Shown: positions 33,944 through 43,287, counted from the stretch's first letter. The stretch is DNA of 64,000 nt from Pirellulales bacterium (GCA_035533075.1 DATLUO010000045.1:161-64160), one strand, 5' to 3'. Translations and numbers: made by a program. The notes: generated by a model from the sequence alone, not told the origin.

Positions 33944-36205
33944 TTAGTGATCCTCTGTTCGACGGTGGTTTGCCGCGGCGGTCGCCGTCTCGCGCCGCGA
34001 GCTCGCTGCGGTGGCTGGGGCAGAGCCTAAGCGATGCCCCGGTGCCTCGAGCCGGGGCATCGCCTGGCCGTGAAGTCGGTTAGCACTTCCGACGGTTGCC
34101 TGGCCAGGCTCTCCCCCAGCCACCGTCGCGCGTGCGTTCGGCGACCGCGACTCTCCGCCCAAAGTAGCCCCGGCACTCCGTGACGGGGAGCCGGTCGCCG
34201 AAGGCGACCGCCAGTCTCCGCCATCCCGGCGCGCCGGGACCGGAGCTGCATCAACTCCGCACGACGCCGCGACGTGCGCGTGCCCGCAGGCCCAACGCGA
34301 GAGCTCGTCGAAGTTGGGCAACTCCGGCAGCGGCTGCGGAGTAGCCATCTGAAAAAGATCGTCGGTCTGCAGGAAGTCCGCCATGGCCACGACCGACGAC
34401 CACATGCTGCCCAGCGCCCCGAGATAGCCCAAGACGTTCTGCGACAAATTCTGCTGGGCGAACGCCAGGTCTCCCACGTTCACGGCTTCCGAGTCGACGT
34501 TTCGCCGCTCATAGACGCCGCGGTAGAAGCGCACCAGGTCGGGCAGGATATACCGGCGGTAGTAGTCGATTGAATAAAGGTTGTTCCGGTAATTGGTATA
34601 GGCGTTGGCCAGGTTGTTGGAGAGATTGACCTCCGCGTTGTGCTGTTGTTCGGTGGCCCGGATCAGCGCGCCCTGGGCGGCGATGATGTTCCCCTTGTTC
34701 TTGTCCCAAATGGCCAGCGGCATGCTGAGCTGGAACTGGTTGTAAGTGCCGAAGGGCGACACCGTCCAGTCGCGCGCGTATTTGTAACTCACGTCGACGT
34801 CGGGAATCGGCGTCACCTGGGCCAATTTCAGGTTGTACCTGGCTTGGGGCACCAGGTTGCGCGCCGTCAGGATGTCGGTGTGATTGTTCAGCACGTAGGC
34901 CGACACCTGATCGTAGTCGTAATACGGGATGAAGCGGTCGATTTGTCCGGCGACCTGCGTCAAGGGCAATTGGCGCAGGCCCAACAACGCCACCAGCGAT
35001 TTCCAGTCGTAGGTGTACGTGGCGATCGCCTGCTGGTAGGCCAGCCGGGTGGTGAAGGCCTGGGCCCGCAGCGACGCCGGCTCATAGCCCGCCGCGATGG
35101 AGGACTCCACCAATCGAACCTGAAGCCGATAGATTTCATCGGTAAAGCGGGCCACGGCGCGTGTGACGGCCAGCGTCTCCTTGTCGACCAACAGCGCGAA
35201 ATAGGCCTGTCGCACCTGAGTCGCCAGGTTGTTGCGAGCGGCCCGCAACGCCAGTTGCGAGTTTTCGTAATTCTTCTCGGCCGCGGCGGCGTTCAGTTTC
35301 CGTTTGCCGCCCGTCGTGATCACCTGGTCGATGCCGATGCCTTGCACGCCCGTGGTGGAGTTGTTGTTCGTCGGATCGGCGAAGTAGGTGGCGGTCGGGT
35401 TCTGGTAGGTGCGCGCTTGCGTCAACGACCCCAAGGCCGATTGGACGTCGGCGATGGCTTGCCGCAGCGCCGGGCTGTTGGCCGCCGCGATGCGCTGCAG
35501 CTCGGTCAGCGTATAGGGCCTGCCCTCGGGCCCCGGCAGCGGCCGCGGCTCGACCGGAATGGGCGGCAGCTCCGGATAGATTTGTTCGATCTCATGCTCC
35601 AGCGACAGCCTGTCCCGCGGCAGCTCGACGCGCGGCGCCTCCGAACCGGGCAATCGCGGCGGGATGTTCAATTCCAGCTTTTTGACATCGAACGTGCGCC
35701 CGTCGGCCGGCGCCTGCGACCACGCCACGCTCTGTGCCATCGTGGGTGGTCCGTGGTCCGTAGTCCGTGGTCCGTCGCCACTAACGACGGACAATGGACC
35801 ACGGACGTCGGCCGGCGATTCAAGCCAGGCGGCGGATCGTACGTCGAGCGGCACCTCCGCGGCAGCGGCCTTTGGGTCCGCGGCGAAACGTAATTCATTC
35901 CGCACGGCAGGCGTCCCGCCTGCCTTCTGCTGTGGCGTAGGCGTCCCGCCTGCCGGGCCGCCGGCGCGCGTCGCTCTCGCCGTGGAACTGGTTGGCTTTT
36001 GCCCGGTCCGAAGTTGCGCCCGCGTTGTTCGAGCCACGTCCGTTACGCCCGACGGCTTCGCAATCTGCGCATCGTTCTCCGGCTTCACGTCGTACGGCTG
36101 GTTGGCGATGCGGCACACGGTCTGATCGGTGCGCTGGCGCACGGGCCAGGTGCAGCCGCTCGCCAGCAGAATGCCAGCCATCAGAAGTAGCCGTGCTAGA
36201 CGCAT
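33944..36205 (-). CDS. TolC/OEP-family outer-membrane efflux lipoprotein with a long disordered N-region and a repeat-derived C-terminal tail
   Basis: Start moved to MRLARLLLMAGILLASGC (lipobox). Two OEP repeats (e.g. TLTELQRIAAANSPALRQAIADVQSA...; DILTARNLVPQARYNLKLAQ...). The last ~95 codons are Ala/Arg/Gly/Ser-rich and contain repeat B3. Confidence 0.85.
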   Translation of the reverse strand: MRLARLLLMAGILLASGCTWPVRQRTDQTVCRIANQPYDVKPENDAQIAKPSGVTDVARTTRAQLRTGQKPTSSTARATRAGGPAGGTPTPQQKAGGTPAVRNELRFAADPKAAAAEVPLDVRSAAWLESPADVRGPLSVVSGDGPRTTDHGPPTMAQSVAWSQAPADGRTFDVKKLELNIPPRLPGSEAPRVELPRDRLSLEHEIEQIYPELPPIPVEPRPLPGPEGRPYTLTELQRIAAANSPALRQAIADVQSALGSLTQARTYQNPTATYFADPTNNNSTTGVQGIGIDQVITTGGKRKLNAAAAEKNYENSQLALRAARNNLATQVRQAYFALLVDKETLAVTRAVARFTDEIYRLQVRLVESSIAAGYEPASLRAQAFTTRLAYQQAIATYTYDWKSLVALLGLRQLPLTQVAGQIDRFIPYYDYDQVSAYVLNNHTDILTARNLVPQARYNLKLAQVTPIPDVDVSYKYARDWTVSPFGTYNQFQLSMPLAIWDKNKGNIIAAQGALIRATEQQHNAEVNLSNNLANAYTNYRNNLYSIDYYRRYILPDLVRFYRGVYERRNVDSEAVNVGDLAFAQQNLSQNVLGYLGALGSMWSSVVAMADFLQTDDLFQMATPQPLPELPNFDELSRWACGHAHVAASCGVDAAPVPARRDGGDWRSPSATGSPSRSAGATLGGESRSPNARATVAGGEPGQATVGSANRLHGQAMPRLEAPGHRLGSAPATAASSRRETATAAANHRRTEDH
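34010..34124. repeat. family-B element, short variant B3 (115 nt)
   Basis: GGTGGCTGGGGCAGAGCC...AGCGATGCCCCGG-loop-CCGGGGCATCGCC...GCTCTCCCCCAGCCACC. It lies inside the 3' end of the TolC-like ORF. Confidence 0.8.
35748..35806. repeat. GGTCCGT-type short-repeat hairpin inside the TolC-like ORF
   Basis: ggtccgtggtccgtagtccgtggtccgtcg-ccactaa-cgacggacaatggaccacggac. It is translated in frame as ...VVSGDGPRTTDHGPP... Confidence 0.7.
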
Positions 36206-36265
36206 CACCGAGTATCCACGCACCTTTTGTGATCGGTTCCGGTCATCGGTCGTTCAATAGGGAAC

Positions 36266-36328
36266 AAGGTAGACGGTGGACGGGTCATGAGTTCCGTCCC
36301 CGTCTCCTGTCTACCGTCTACCTTTTTT
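36266..36328 (-). terminator. long hairpin just after the stop of the RHH-like gene
   Basis: AAGGTAGACGGTGGACGGG...CCGTC..CTACCGTCTACCTT has a T6 run on the plus side. On the minus strand the stem is followed by TTGTTCC. It overlaps the last base of the TGA stop (36330-36328). Confidence 0.4.
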
Positions 36329-36570
36329 CAGCCGGCTTTGCGGTCCCTATCGGGCACATCGGGCAATTGCCAGCGGCTGAGATAAGCGGCCAGCACTTCC
36401 TCGGCGATGGCCGACTGAGATACCCGCCGCATTGCCGACTCGACGCCCAAACGTTGAGCCGTCGAAACGCTGAGATGCAGAGTCACCTTGACGGTCGCCG
36501 GACTGGCGGGCGAATCGCCCTGCTGGTCCGACACACCGCCCGTTAACCGCCGTGGAGCTTTTCGTGCCAT
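36328..36570 (-). CDS. small ribbon-helix-helix-like DNA-binding protein
   Basis: 80 codons from MARKAPRRL (ATG 36570), with AAGGAGG 7 nt upstream. VKVTLHLSVSTAQRLGVESAMRRVSQSAIAEEVL fits a beta-strand plus two-helix RHH layout. Confidence 0.5.
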   Translation of the reverse strand: MARKAPRRLTGGVSDQQGDSPASPATVKVTLHLSVSTAQRLGVESAMRRVSQSAIAEEVLAAYLSRWQLPDVPDRDRKAG

Positions 36571-36702
36571 TCGTCTTGCCTCCTTGCCGTCATGCCTGCT
36601 TTGAGACATCGGCCATCGGGATGGCGGTCTACAGAAAACTTGCCGGTTATGTCGGTCATACCTCACCCGGCGGGCAGTGAGGCGTTCGCGATGGCTGTTC
36701 AC

Positions 36703-36782
36703 GGCGTTGGGCAATAGGCGTTGGGCGTTAGGGACGATGGGAACGTCGTACTCTAACGCCTAACGCCCATCGCCTAACGCCT
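36703..36782. repeat. palindromic cluster of GGCGTTRGG repeats
   Basis: ggcgttgggcaataggcgttgggcgttaggg...ctaacgcctaacgcccatcgcctaacgcc. The arms are imperfect reverse complements. It lies 7 nt from REP copy A5. Confidence 0.65.
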
Positions 36783-36789
36783 CCATTAC

Positions 36790-36828
36790 GGTGGGCCGGC
36801 GCTCGCAAGCTCGCTGGTCCCACCCTAG
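36790..36828 (-). repeat. family-A REP element, copy A5 (CTAG head variant)
   Basis: GGTGGGCCGGCGCTCGCAAGCTCGCTGGTCCCACCCTAG, in the divergent region upstream of the MFP gene. Confidence 0.85.
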
Positions 36829-37030
36829 GGCTGCGGCTTCGAACGCGGACTTTCCTTGCGATTTGGAAATCTCCGGCGGAAAATCGCGAATCCGCGGCAA
36901 CTGCCCATTCTTGCGAGTCGCTCCGTCCGATGAGCATGATGGTTTGCGGGTGTTCGCCGCGGTGTGGTACGCTCGAAGTGTTGGAAAGCTCCGCCCTCGG
37001 CCCGCCAGAGAACGCACAGAAAACGGAAAC

Positions 37031-38413
37031 ATGTCCCGCGTCATGCGAGTTCGCCACAAGCTCATTACCGTCGTTTCGATTGCTCTGGTGGTGCTCGCGG
37101 CGGCCATCACCTATCCCAGGTTGCGGGCCCTGCTGAAGCCGCCTGAACCGATCATCCAACCTCACGGGAGCGTCTTGTTCAAGCTGAAGAAAGGCGACCC
37201 GAATGTGCTGATTGTTTCCGAAGACGCGATGAAAGCGATTGATTTGAAGACCGAGCCCGTCCAAGCCGCTCCCGAACCCGATCCGCTGGAGCTGCCCGGC
37301 TATCTTAGCGTCGATCCAAACCGGCTCGTGCCGATCCATTCGCGGTTTCCCGGCGAAGTGGTGCAACTCGGCGCCACGAAAGCCCGCGATCTCGACGGAA
37401 AGCTGACCATGCGGCTGCTGCGCTACGGCGACCCGATCCAGAAGGGCGACCTGCTGGCGGTCGTATGGAGCACCGACATCGGCCAGAAAAAAAGCGAACT
37501 GGTCGATGCCCTATCGAAACTGGGCCTGGACGAGATGGTGCTCAACCGCCGGCTGCGGGCGGGCCCTGGCACGGTGCCCGAGCTTAAGGTGGAAGAAGCC
37601 CGACGCAACGTCGAGGCCGACAAGATCCTGGTCAACGCGGCGGAGCGCACCTTGCGCTCGTGGCGGCTCACCGAGCAGGAAATCGACGAGGTCAAGGAGG
37701 AAGCCAAGCAGCTTCGCAGCAACGAACAGGAAACCGCCGCCGCCAAGACGTGGTCGGAGCTGCAAATCTGGGCCCCGATGGACGGCATCGTGATCGAAAA
37801 AAACGTCAATGTGGGAGAGGTCGTCGATACCACCGACAACTTGTTCAAGGTGGCCGACCTGACTACGCTGCAAGTGCTGGCCTACGTGTATGAAGAAGAC
37901 TTGCCGGTGCTCGAGCAGCTCAAGCCCGAAGAACGTCACTGGAAAATCGACCTGAAGAGCGATCCCAACGACCCTCAGCGGCCGGGCATGTTCGAGCTGA
38001 TCGGCGACGTCATCGACTCGGTCACGCGCACCGGCCCCGTCATCGGATGGTTGAACAACGCCGACCGCAAGCTGCGGGTGAACCAGTTCGTCAGGGCGAC
38101 GATCGAGTTGCCGGCCGACCCGACGATGGTGTCCGTGCCGACGTCGGCCCTGGTCGAAGAAGGCGGAAAGGAGGCTGTGTTCGTCGAGACCGACCCGCTC
38201 CATCACGAGATCACCCGGCGCGTGGTGGCGGTCACGCGGCGCGGCAAGGACCGCATTTTCATTCGCGCCGAACCGAACGAGCAAGAACGCCAGCAAGGCA
38301 CCGGGCCTTTGAAGGTCGGCGAGCGGGTGGTCATGCGCGGAGGCCTGGAACTCGATCAGGTGCTGAGCAACCTGCAGTCGATCGGCGGCGCCGGCACCGG
38401 CGAGGGAGAATGA
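37031..38413 (+). CDS. RND efflux periplasmic adaptor (MFP/HlyD family)
   Basis: Start moved to MSRVMRVRHKLITVVSIALVVLAAA (ATG 37031). Coiled-coil hairpin region (ELVDALSKL...VEEARRNVEADKILVNAAERTLRSW), then a lipoyl/beta-barrel part (IWAPMDGIVIEKNVNVGEVV). Confidence 0.85.
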   Translation: MSRVMRVRHKLITVVSIALVVLAAAITYPRLRALLKPPEPIIQPHGSVLFKLKKGDPNVLIVSEDAMKAIDLKTEPVQAAPEPDPLELPGYLSVDPNRLVPIHSRFPGEVVQLGATKARDLDGKLTMRLLRYGDPIQKGDLLAVVWSTDIGQKKSELVDALSKLGLDEMVLNRRLRAGPGTVPELKVEEARRNVEADKILVNAAERTLRSWRLTEQEIDEVKEEAKQLRSNEQETAAAKTWSELQIWAPMDGIVIEKNVNVGEVVDTTDNLFKVADLTTLQVLAYVYEEDLPVLEQLKPEERHWKIDLKSDPNDPQRPGMFELIGDVIDSVTRTGPVIGWLNNADRKLRVNQFVRATIELPADPTMVSVPTSALVEEGGKEAVFVETDPLHHEITRRVVAVTRRGKDRIFIRAEPNEQERQQGTGPLKVGERVVMRGGLELDQVLSNLQSIGGAGTGEGE

Positions 38414-38417
38414 CGCG

Positions 38418-41400
38418 ATGGCCTATCGGCTGATCCAATGGGCGCTGGCCAACCCGGTTGTCGTGCTGCTGTTCGGCGCGGCCTTGATCGCGGTCGGCTC
38501 GTACTCCTTCGTCCACGTCAACGTCGAGGCCTATCCCGATCCGGCCCCGGCCATCATCGAGGTCATCGCCAAATATCCGGGCGCCAGTGCCGAGGAGGTG
38601 GAACGCCAGGTCACGATTCCCTTGGAAGTGGCGATGGCCGGCATGCCCGGCCTTACCTACACGCGCACCAAGTCGCTGTTCGGCTTGTCGCACATGCGCA
38701 ACCAGTTCGATTACGGCTTCGACTATCTTCGCTGCCGCCAGGAGGTGATCAATCGTTTGCAGTTTGTCGACGGCCTGCCGTCGGGCGTGCAACCGGCGTT
38801 GTCGCCGACCAGCCCGACCGGCGAGATCCTGCGCTACACGCTGCGCAGTCCCAAAGACGTGGCCGGCCGCGATCTTTACACGCTCAACGATCTGAAGGCC
38901 CTGCAAGACTGGGTGCTGGAACGGGAGTTTCGCCGCGTGCCGCGAATCATCGACGTGGTCAGCAGCGGGGGCACCGTCAAGCGATATGAAATTCACCCCA
39001 ATCCCGAGCAGTTGCTGAACTACGGCATCATGCTCGACCAGTTGCAAAACGCCATCACCAACAGCAATGCCAACGTGGGCGGCAACTACCTGTTCGAGGG
39101 CGAGAACGTGATCAATGTGCGGGCCATCGGGCTGATCGGCCTGGGACAGGATCCCGCCCGATCGACCGACGTGCTCAACGCCCGCACTCCGCAAGACGCG
39201 GCCGAATATCTGCGCAGCGAGGAAGACCGCCGGCTGAAGCGCATCCGTCAGACGGTGCTCACGGCCTACAACAACCTGCCGATCCGCGTCGAGAACGTCA
39301 TCGAAGGCGCTTCGCTGCGGTATAGCGACGACATCGGCGTCCACGGCGTGATCGTCAATCATCAGCCGCGCTTGGGGCAAGTCAGCCTGAGCACGCCCAA
39401 GCGGAACGCCAAGGGAGAAATTGAAACAACCAGCGGCGGCGAGACGGTCTGGCAGAACGAGCGCGAGCGCGTGCAGGGCATCGTCTTGCTGCGCAAAGGC
39501 GAAGCGTCGCTGCCCGCCTTGCACGACTTGGAAGCCAAGATCGACGAGCTCAATAAGAGCGAGGGCAAGCTCTTGCCCGGCGTGCAAATCGATCCCTATT
39601 ACGATCGCACCAAACTGATCGACGTCACCACGGAAACCGTGCGCGAAAACCTGGTCGTCGGCATGGGCCTGGTGTCGTTGATTCTTCTGATGTTCGTGAG
39701 CAACGTACGCAGCGCGTTCATTGTGGCCATCAACATTCCGCTGGCGCTGCTGTTCGCTTTCGCCATCTTGTTTTTGCGGGGAAAGTCGGCGAACTTGCTT
39801 TCGATCGGAGCGGTCGACTTCGGCATCATCGTCGATTCGTCGGTGATCATGGTGGAGAACATCTATCGCCACTTGAGCTCCGGCGAGTATTCCGACTTGC
39901 CGCTCAAAGATCGCATTCTGCGGGCCAGCCGGGAAGTGGAGCGCAGCCTGTTCTTCACCACGGCCATCATGGTCTGCGCCTTTCTTCCCTTGTTCACCAT
40001 GAAAGGGCCCGAAGGGCAGATTTTCGGCCCTATGGCCGATACCTATGCCTTCGCCCTGGGCGGCGCCTTGATCTTGGCTCTCACTGTGGCGCCCGTGCTC
40101 TGCTTGCTGCTGTTCAAGAACCTTAAGCCGGCGCCCGACAATTTTCTGGTGCGGTGGCTGAAGACCGGCTACTTGCGGCAGCTCGACCGCTGTTTGCGTT
40201 ATCGCGCCATTACCTTGACCGTGATGGGAGTTCTGTTCGCCCTGACCGTGGGCATGTTGCCGCTGCTGGGCCGTGAATTCATGCCCGAACTGGAAGAAGG
40301 CAATCTTTGGATTCGCGCCACCTTGCCGATCAACATCTCGCTCGACGCGGCCGCGGAAAAGGCGGAGACGGCACGCAAGATCATGCAGAAGTATCCCGAA
40401 GTCGAAGTCGTCGTGGCCCAGACCGGCCGGCCGGACGACGGCACCGATCCGACGGGCTTTTACAACGTCGAGTTTTTTGTTCCCCTCAAGCCGCGCGGCG
40501 CCTGGCCGAGCAACCAAGTCGTCACGGGCTGGCGGCGTTGGTACGGCGCCATGCGTTCTCGCACGAAAGAAGAGTTGATCGCCGAGATGAACGCCGAACT
40601 GGATAAGAGTATTGCCGGCGTAAACTGGAACTTCTCGCAAAACATTCGCGACAACGTGATGGAATCGCTGTCGGGCGTGAAAGGCGACAACTCCGTCAAG
40701 ATTTTCGGTCCCGATTTGAACCAGCTCGAGCGGCTGGCCGACCAGGTGAAATCCCGCCTGACCTCGGTGCCGGGCGTGGCCAACGTCGGCGTGTTTCACG
40801 TCATGGGCCAGCCGAATCTGGAGATCCCGGTCGATGCGAAGAAGTGCAATTATTGGGGCGTCAATATCAGCGACGTGGAAGACGTGGTGGAAATTGCCAT
40901 CGGCGGCAAGGCGTTCAGCCAGATGATCGAGGGAGAGAAGCGGTTCGACATCACGCTTCGCTGGCCGGAGCGGCTGCGCAACAACGTGAACACGATTCTC
41001 GACATTCCGGTCGACGTGTCGAACAACCAGACCGACGATGATTCGCCGTCCGACAGCGTTCCGGCCGACGAAACTTCGGCGGCCGGCAACCTGGCCACCA
41101 GCGGCACCAGCGTTTCGCCGCCGTCGTTCGCCGGCAGCGTGATCGGCGGCACGCCGACGAACCTCGATCGCCAGCCCCGCCGACGATTGCGAGATCTGGT
41201 CACCCCGCTCGACGACGAAGGGTATTTGGATCCCAAAGGGCGGTTCATCCGCTCCGGCGCATCGACCATCTCTCGCGAGCAAGGGCAGCGGTTCATCGCC
41301 ATCAAGTTCAGCGTCCGCGGCCGCGACCTGGCCGGCGCCGTTTCGGAAGCCCAGAAAAACACGGCCGACCTGTTCAAGTCGCCCTACCGGGCCGAATGGA

Positions 41401-41951
41401 GCGGTGAGTTCCAGGAAATGCAGGAGGCCGAGCACCGGCTGATGTACATCATCCCGATTTCATTGGGCATGATTTACATCTTGCTCTATCTCGCCTTCCA
41501 CTCGATGATCGACGCCTTGCTCGTCTTTTCCAACGTGCTGGCGCTGTCGCTGGGCGGCATCTGGGCGTTGTTGTTGACCGGCACGAACTTCAGCATTTCG
41601 GCGGCCGTCGGTTTTATCTCGATCTTCGGGGTGGCGGTCATGGACGGGCTGCTGTTGATCTCGTATTTCAATCAGTTGCGTTATCACGGGCTGACGCTGC
41701 GAGAGGCGATTATGCAGGGGGCTGAGAAACGTGTGCGGCCGGTGATGATGACGGCATTGACGGCCATTTTCGGCCTCTTGCCCGCGGCGCTATCGACCCG
41801 CATCGGCGCTCAAACGCAGCGGCCGCTGGCGATCGTGGTGGTGGGCGGCATGATCAGCACGCTCTTGCTCACGCGCTATCTCATGCCGGTGCTCTACAGC
41901 TTTTACGGGCACCGGGAGGTCTCGGCCGAAGCCGGGCAAATGGCGCATTAG
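38418..41951 (+). CDS. heavy-metal-efflux (HME) type RND transporter, CusA/CzcA-like
   Basis: 1177-aa ORF starting 4 nt after the MFP stop. VEAYPDPAPAIIEVIAKYPGASAEEVERQVTIPLE, and the TM4 segment GAVDFGIIVDSSVIMVENI typical of CzcA/CusA. Confidence 0.9.
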   Translation: MAYRLIQWALANPVVVLLFGAALIAVGSYSFVHVNVEAYPDPAPAIIEVIAKYPGASAEEVERQVTIPLEVAMAGMPGLTYTRTKSLFGLSHMRNQFDYGFDYLRCRQEVINRLQFVDGLPSGVQPALSPTSPTGEILRYTLRSPKDVAGRDLYTLNDLKALQDWVLEREFRRVPRIIDVVSSGGTVKRYEIHPNPEQLLNYGIMLDQLQNAITNSNANVGGNYLFEGENVINVRAIGLIGLGQDPARSTDVLNARTPQDAAEYLRSEEDRRLKRIRQTVLTAYNNLPIRVENVIEGASLRYSDDIGVHGVIVNHQPRLGQVSLSTPKRNAKGEIETTSGGETVWQNERERVQGIVLLRKGEASLPALHDLEAKIDELNKSEGKLLPGVQIDPYYDRTKLIDVTTETVRENLVVGMGLVSLILLMFVSNVRSAFIVAINIPLALLFAFAILFLRGKSANLLSIGAVDFGIIVDSSVIMVENIYRHLSSGEYSDLPLKDRILRASREVERSLFFTTAIMVCAFLPLFTMKGPEGQIFGPMADTYAFALGGALILALTVAPVLCLLLFKNLKPAPDNFLVRWLKTGYLRQLDRCLRYRAITLTVMGVLFALTVGMLPLLGREFMPELEEGNLWIRATLPINISLDAAAEKAETARKIMQKYPEVEVVVAQTGRPDDGTDPTGFYNVEFFVPLKPRGAWPSNQVVTGWRRWYGAMRSRTKEELIAEMNAELDKSIAGVNWNFSQNIRDNVMESLSGVKGDNSVKIFGPDLNQLERLADQVKSRLTSVPGVANVGVFHVMGQPNLEIPVDAKKCNYWGVNISDVEDVVEIAIGGKAFSQMIEGEKRFDITLRWPERLRNNVNTILDIPVDVSNNQTDDDSPSDSVPADETSAAGNLATSGTSVSPPSFAGSVIGGTPTNLDRQPRRRLRDLVTPLDDEGYLDPKGRFIRSGASTISREQGQRFIAIKFSVRGRDLAGAVSEAQKNTADLFKSPYRAEWSGEFQEMQEAEHRLMYIIPISLGMIYILLYLAFHSMIDALLVFSNVLALSLGGIWALLLTGTNFSISAAVGFISIFGVAVMDGLLLISYFNQLRYHGLTLREAIMQGAEKRVRPVMMTALTAIFGLLPAALSTRIGAQTQRPLAIVVVGGMISTLLLTRYLMPVLYSFYGHREVSAEAGQMAH

Positions 41952-42323
41952 GTGGGCATCACGCCATCCATGCGTGGCGTGGAATCGGTGAAGGCTCAAA
42001 TCGTGGCGGAGGGCGAAGAAGACCATCTTGGCTTTTGGTCGATCGTCCGGGTTGTGCAAGGTTTCTTGGGCACCACGGACAAGAAGTACGTGCGTTGTTT
42101 TACGTTTGCTCTACTTTCCGATCTGCTCGCCTCGGGGCAACTTGTCGCGGAATTTCCCGCTCCAAATGGTCGCGAGTTCGACGTGCTCTCTACGCCGGTC
42201 GACGAGCTTCTCCATCAGGTCGGTGAAGCGTGGGACAAGCTTGGGCGAGATCCGACCATTGGTGAGATCATTTGGTTCGCGACGCCGGACCGGTCGTTGG
42301 CCTCTCAGCCCCACCGCGCGTGA
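41952..42323 (+). CDS. hypothetical small protein (islet gene 1)
   Basis: 123-aa ORF (GTG 41952; alternative ATG 41970) starting right after the CzcA-like stop. Globular composition and lower GC than the flanks. No family recognised. Confidence 0.4.
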   Translation: MGITPSMRGVESVKAQIVAEGEEDHLGFWSIVRVVQGFLGTTDKKYVRCFTFALLSDLLASGQLVAEFPAPNGREFDVLSTPVDELLHQVGEAWDKLGRDPTIGEIIWFATPDRSLASQPHRA

Positions 42324-42478
42324 ACGGCAGATCGTCGCAGCCACCGGCCCAAGACCTGAAATCGCGGCGTCGGCTGCAACGCGAGGCCGAAGCGATTTGG
42401 CCTCTTGAGGCCGATTGGCCATGTCGGAATAATGCCTATGTTCAGCATCCATTGCCCGTCCACGTCAAGCCGGCTAGG

Positions 42479-42724
42479 ATGGTCATCATGTCCTCTAAAA
42501 CACCGCCGCGGGATCCGAAACCGCGGCCGAACCATCTCCGTTATATCGAGGTGCTGCGGCAAATGACGCCCGAACAACGCTTGGCGAAGGCGTTTGAACT
42601 GTCGGAAATGACCAAGCAACTCTTTCGGCAGGGGTTACGTGAGCGATTTCCTGAGATGGATGAGGCCGCGTTCCATCGGCTGTTTCTTGACCGGCTCGCG
42701 AAGTGTCACAACCAGAACTACTAG
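42479..42724 (+). CDS. small helical protein, putative partner of the nucleotidyltransferase
   Basis: About 80 codons (ATG 42479 or 42488): ...TPEQRLAKAFELSEMTKQLFRQGLRERFPEMDEAAFHRLFLDRLAKCHNQNY. It overlaps the next ORF by 22 nt. Confidence 0.5.
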   Translation: MVIMSSKTPPRDPKPRPNHLRYIEVLRQMTPEQRLAKAFELSEMTKQLFRQGLRERFPEMDEAAFHRLFLDRLAKCHNQNY

Positions 42725-43287
42725 CGCTCGTCGTCGATGTGCTCGATCGCATCGGCATCGACTTCATGGTCACCGGGTCGATCGCCTCCAGCCTCTTCGG
42801 CCAACCACGTTCGACGCACGACATCGACTTGGTCGTGTCCCTGACGGTGGAGAAAGCCGGGCTCCTACTGGATGCGTTTCCGCCGCCGGATTTTTATCTG
42901 TCGGAAGAGAGCATCCTCGGCGCGATCCGAAATCAATCGATGTTCAACCTCCTCGACATTGCCGGCGGCGACAAGGTTGACTTTTGGATCTTGAAGAACG
43001 ACCCCTTCGATCAGTCTCGATTTGCACGTCGGCGCCGCCAGATTGCAGGATCCAGGCAGATCATCGTTTCCAGTCCGGAGGACACGATCCTGGCCAAGCT
43101 GCGGTGGTCGGAATTATCGGGCGGAAGCGAAAAGCAATTCCAGGACGCCTTGCACGTTTACGAGGTGCAGCGGGGAACGATGGATCTTCAATACCTGAAT
43201 CAGTGGTCGGCCCAGCTCGGGGTCGAGCCACTGTGGAATCGGCTGCAACGCGAGGCCCAGACGATTGATACCTCTCGCGGCGAGTAG
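42703..43287 (+). CDS. Pol-beta-superfamily minimal nucleotidyltransferase-like protein
   Basis: 194-aa ORF with a GTG start. VTGSIASSLFGQPRSTHDIDLVV fits the hG[GS]-x9-13-DhDh nucleotidyltransferase signature. Confidence 0.7.
   Translation: MSQPELLALVVDVLDRIGIDFMVTGSIASSLFGQPRSTHDIDLVVSLTVEKAGLLLDAFPPPDFYLSEESILGAIRNQSMFNLLDIAGGDKVDFWILKNDPFDQSRFARRRRQIAGSRQIIVSSPEDTILAKLRWSELSGGSEKQFQDALHVYEVQRGTMDLQYLNQWSAQLGVEPLWNRLQREAQTIDTSRGE

Noticed and set aside
38331-41435. 1034-aa minus-strand ORF
   Set aside because: It is antisense to the CzcA-like RND transporter. It has no TM pattern or motifs of its own.
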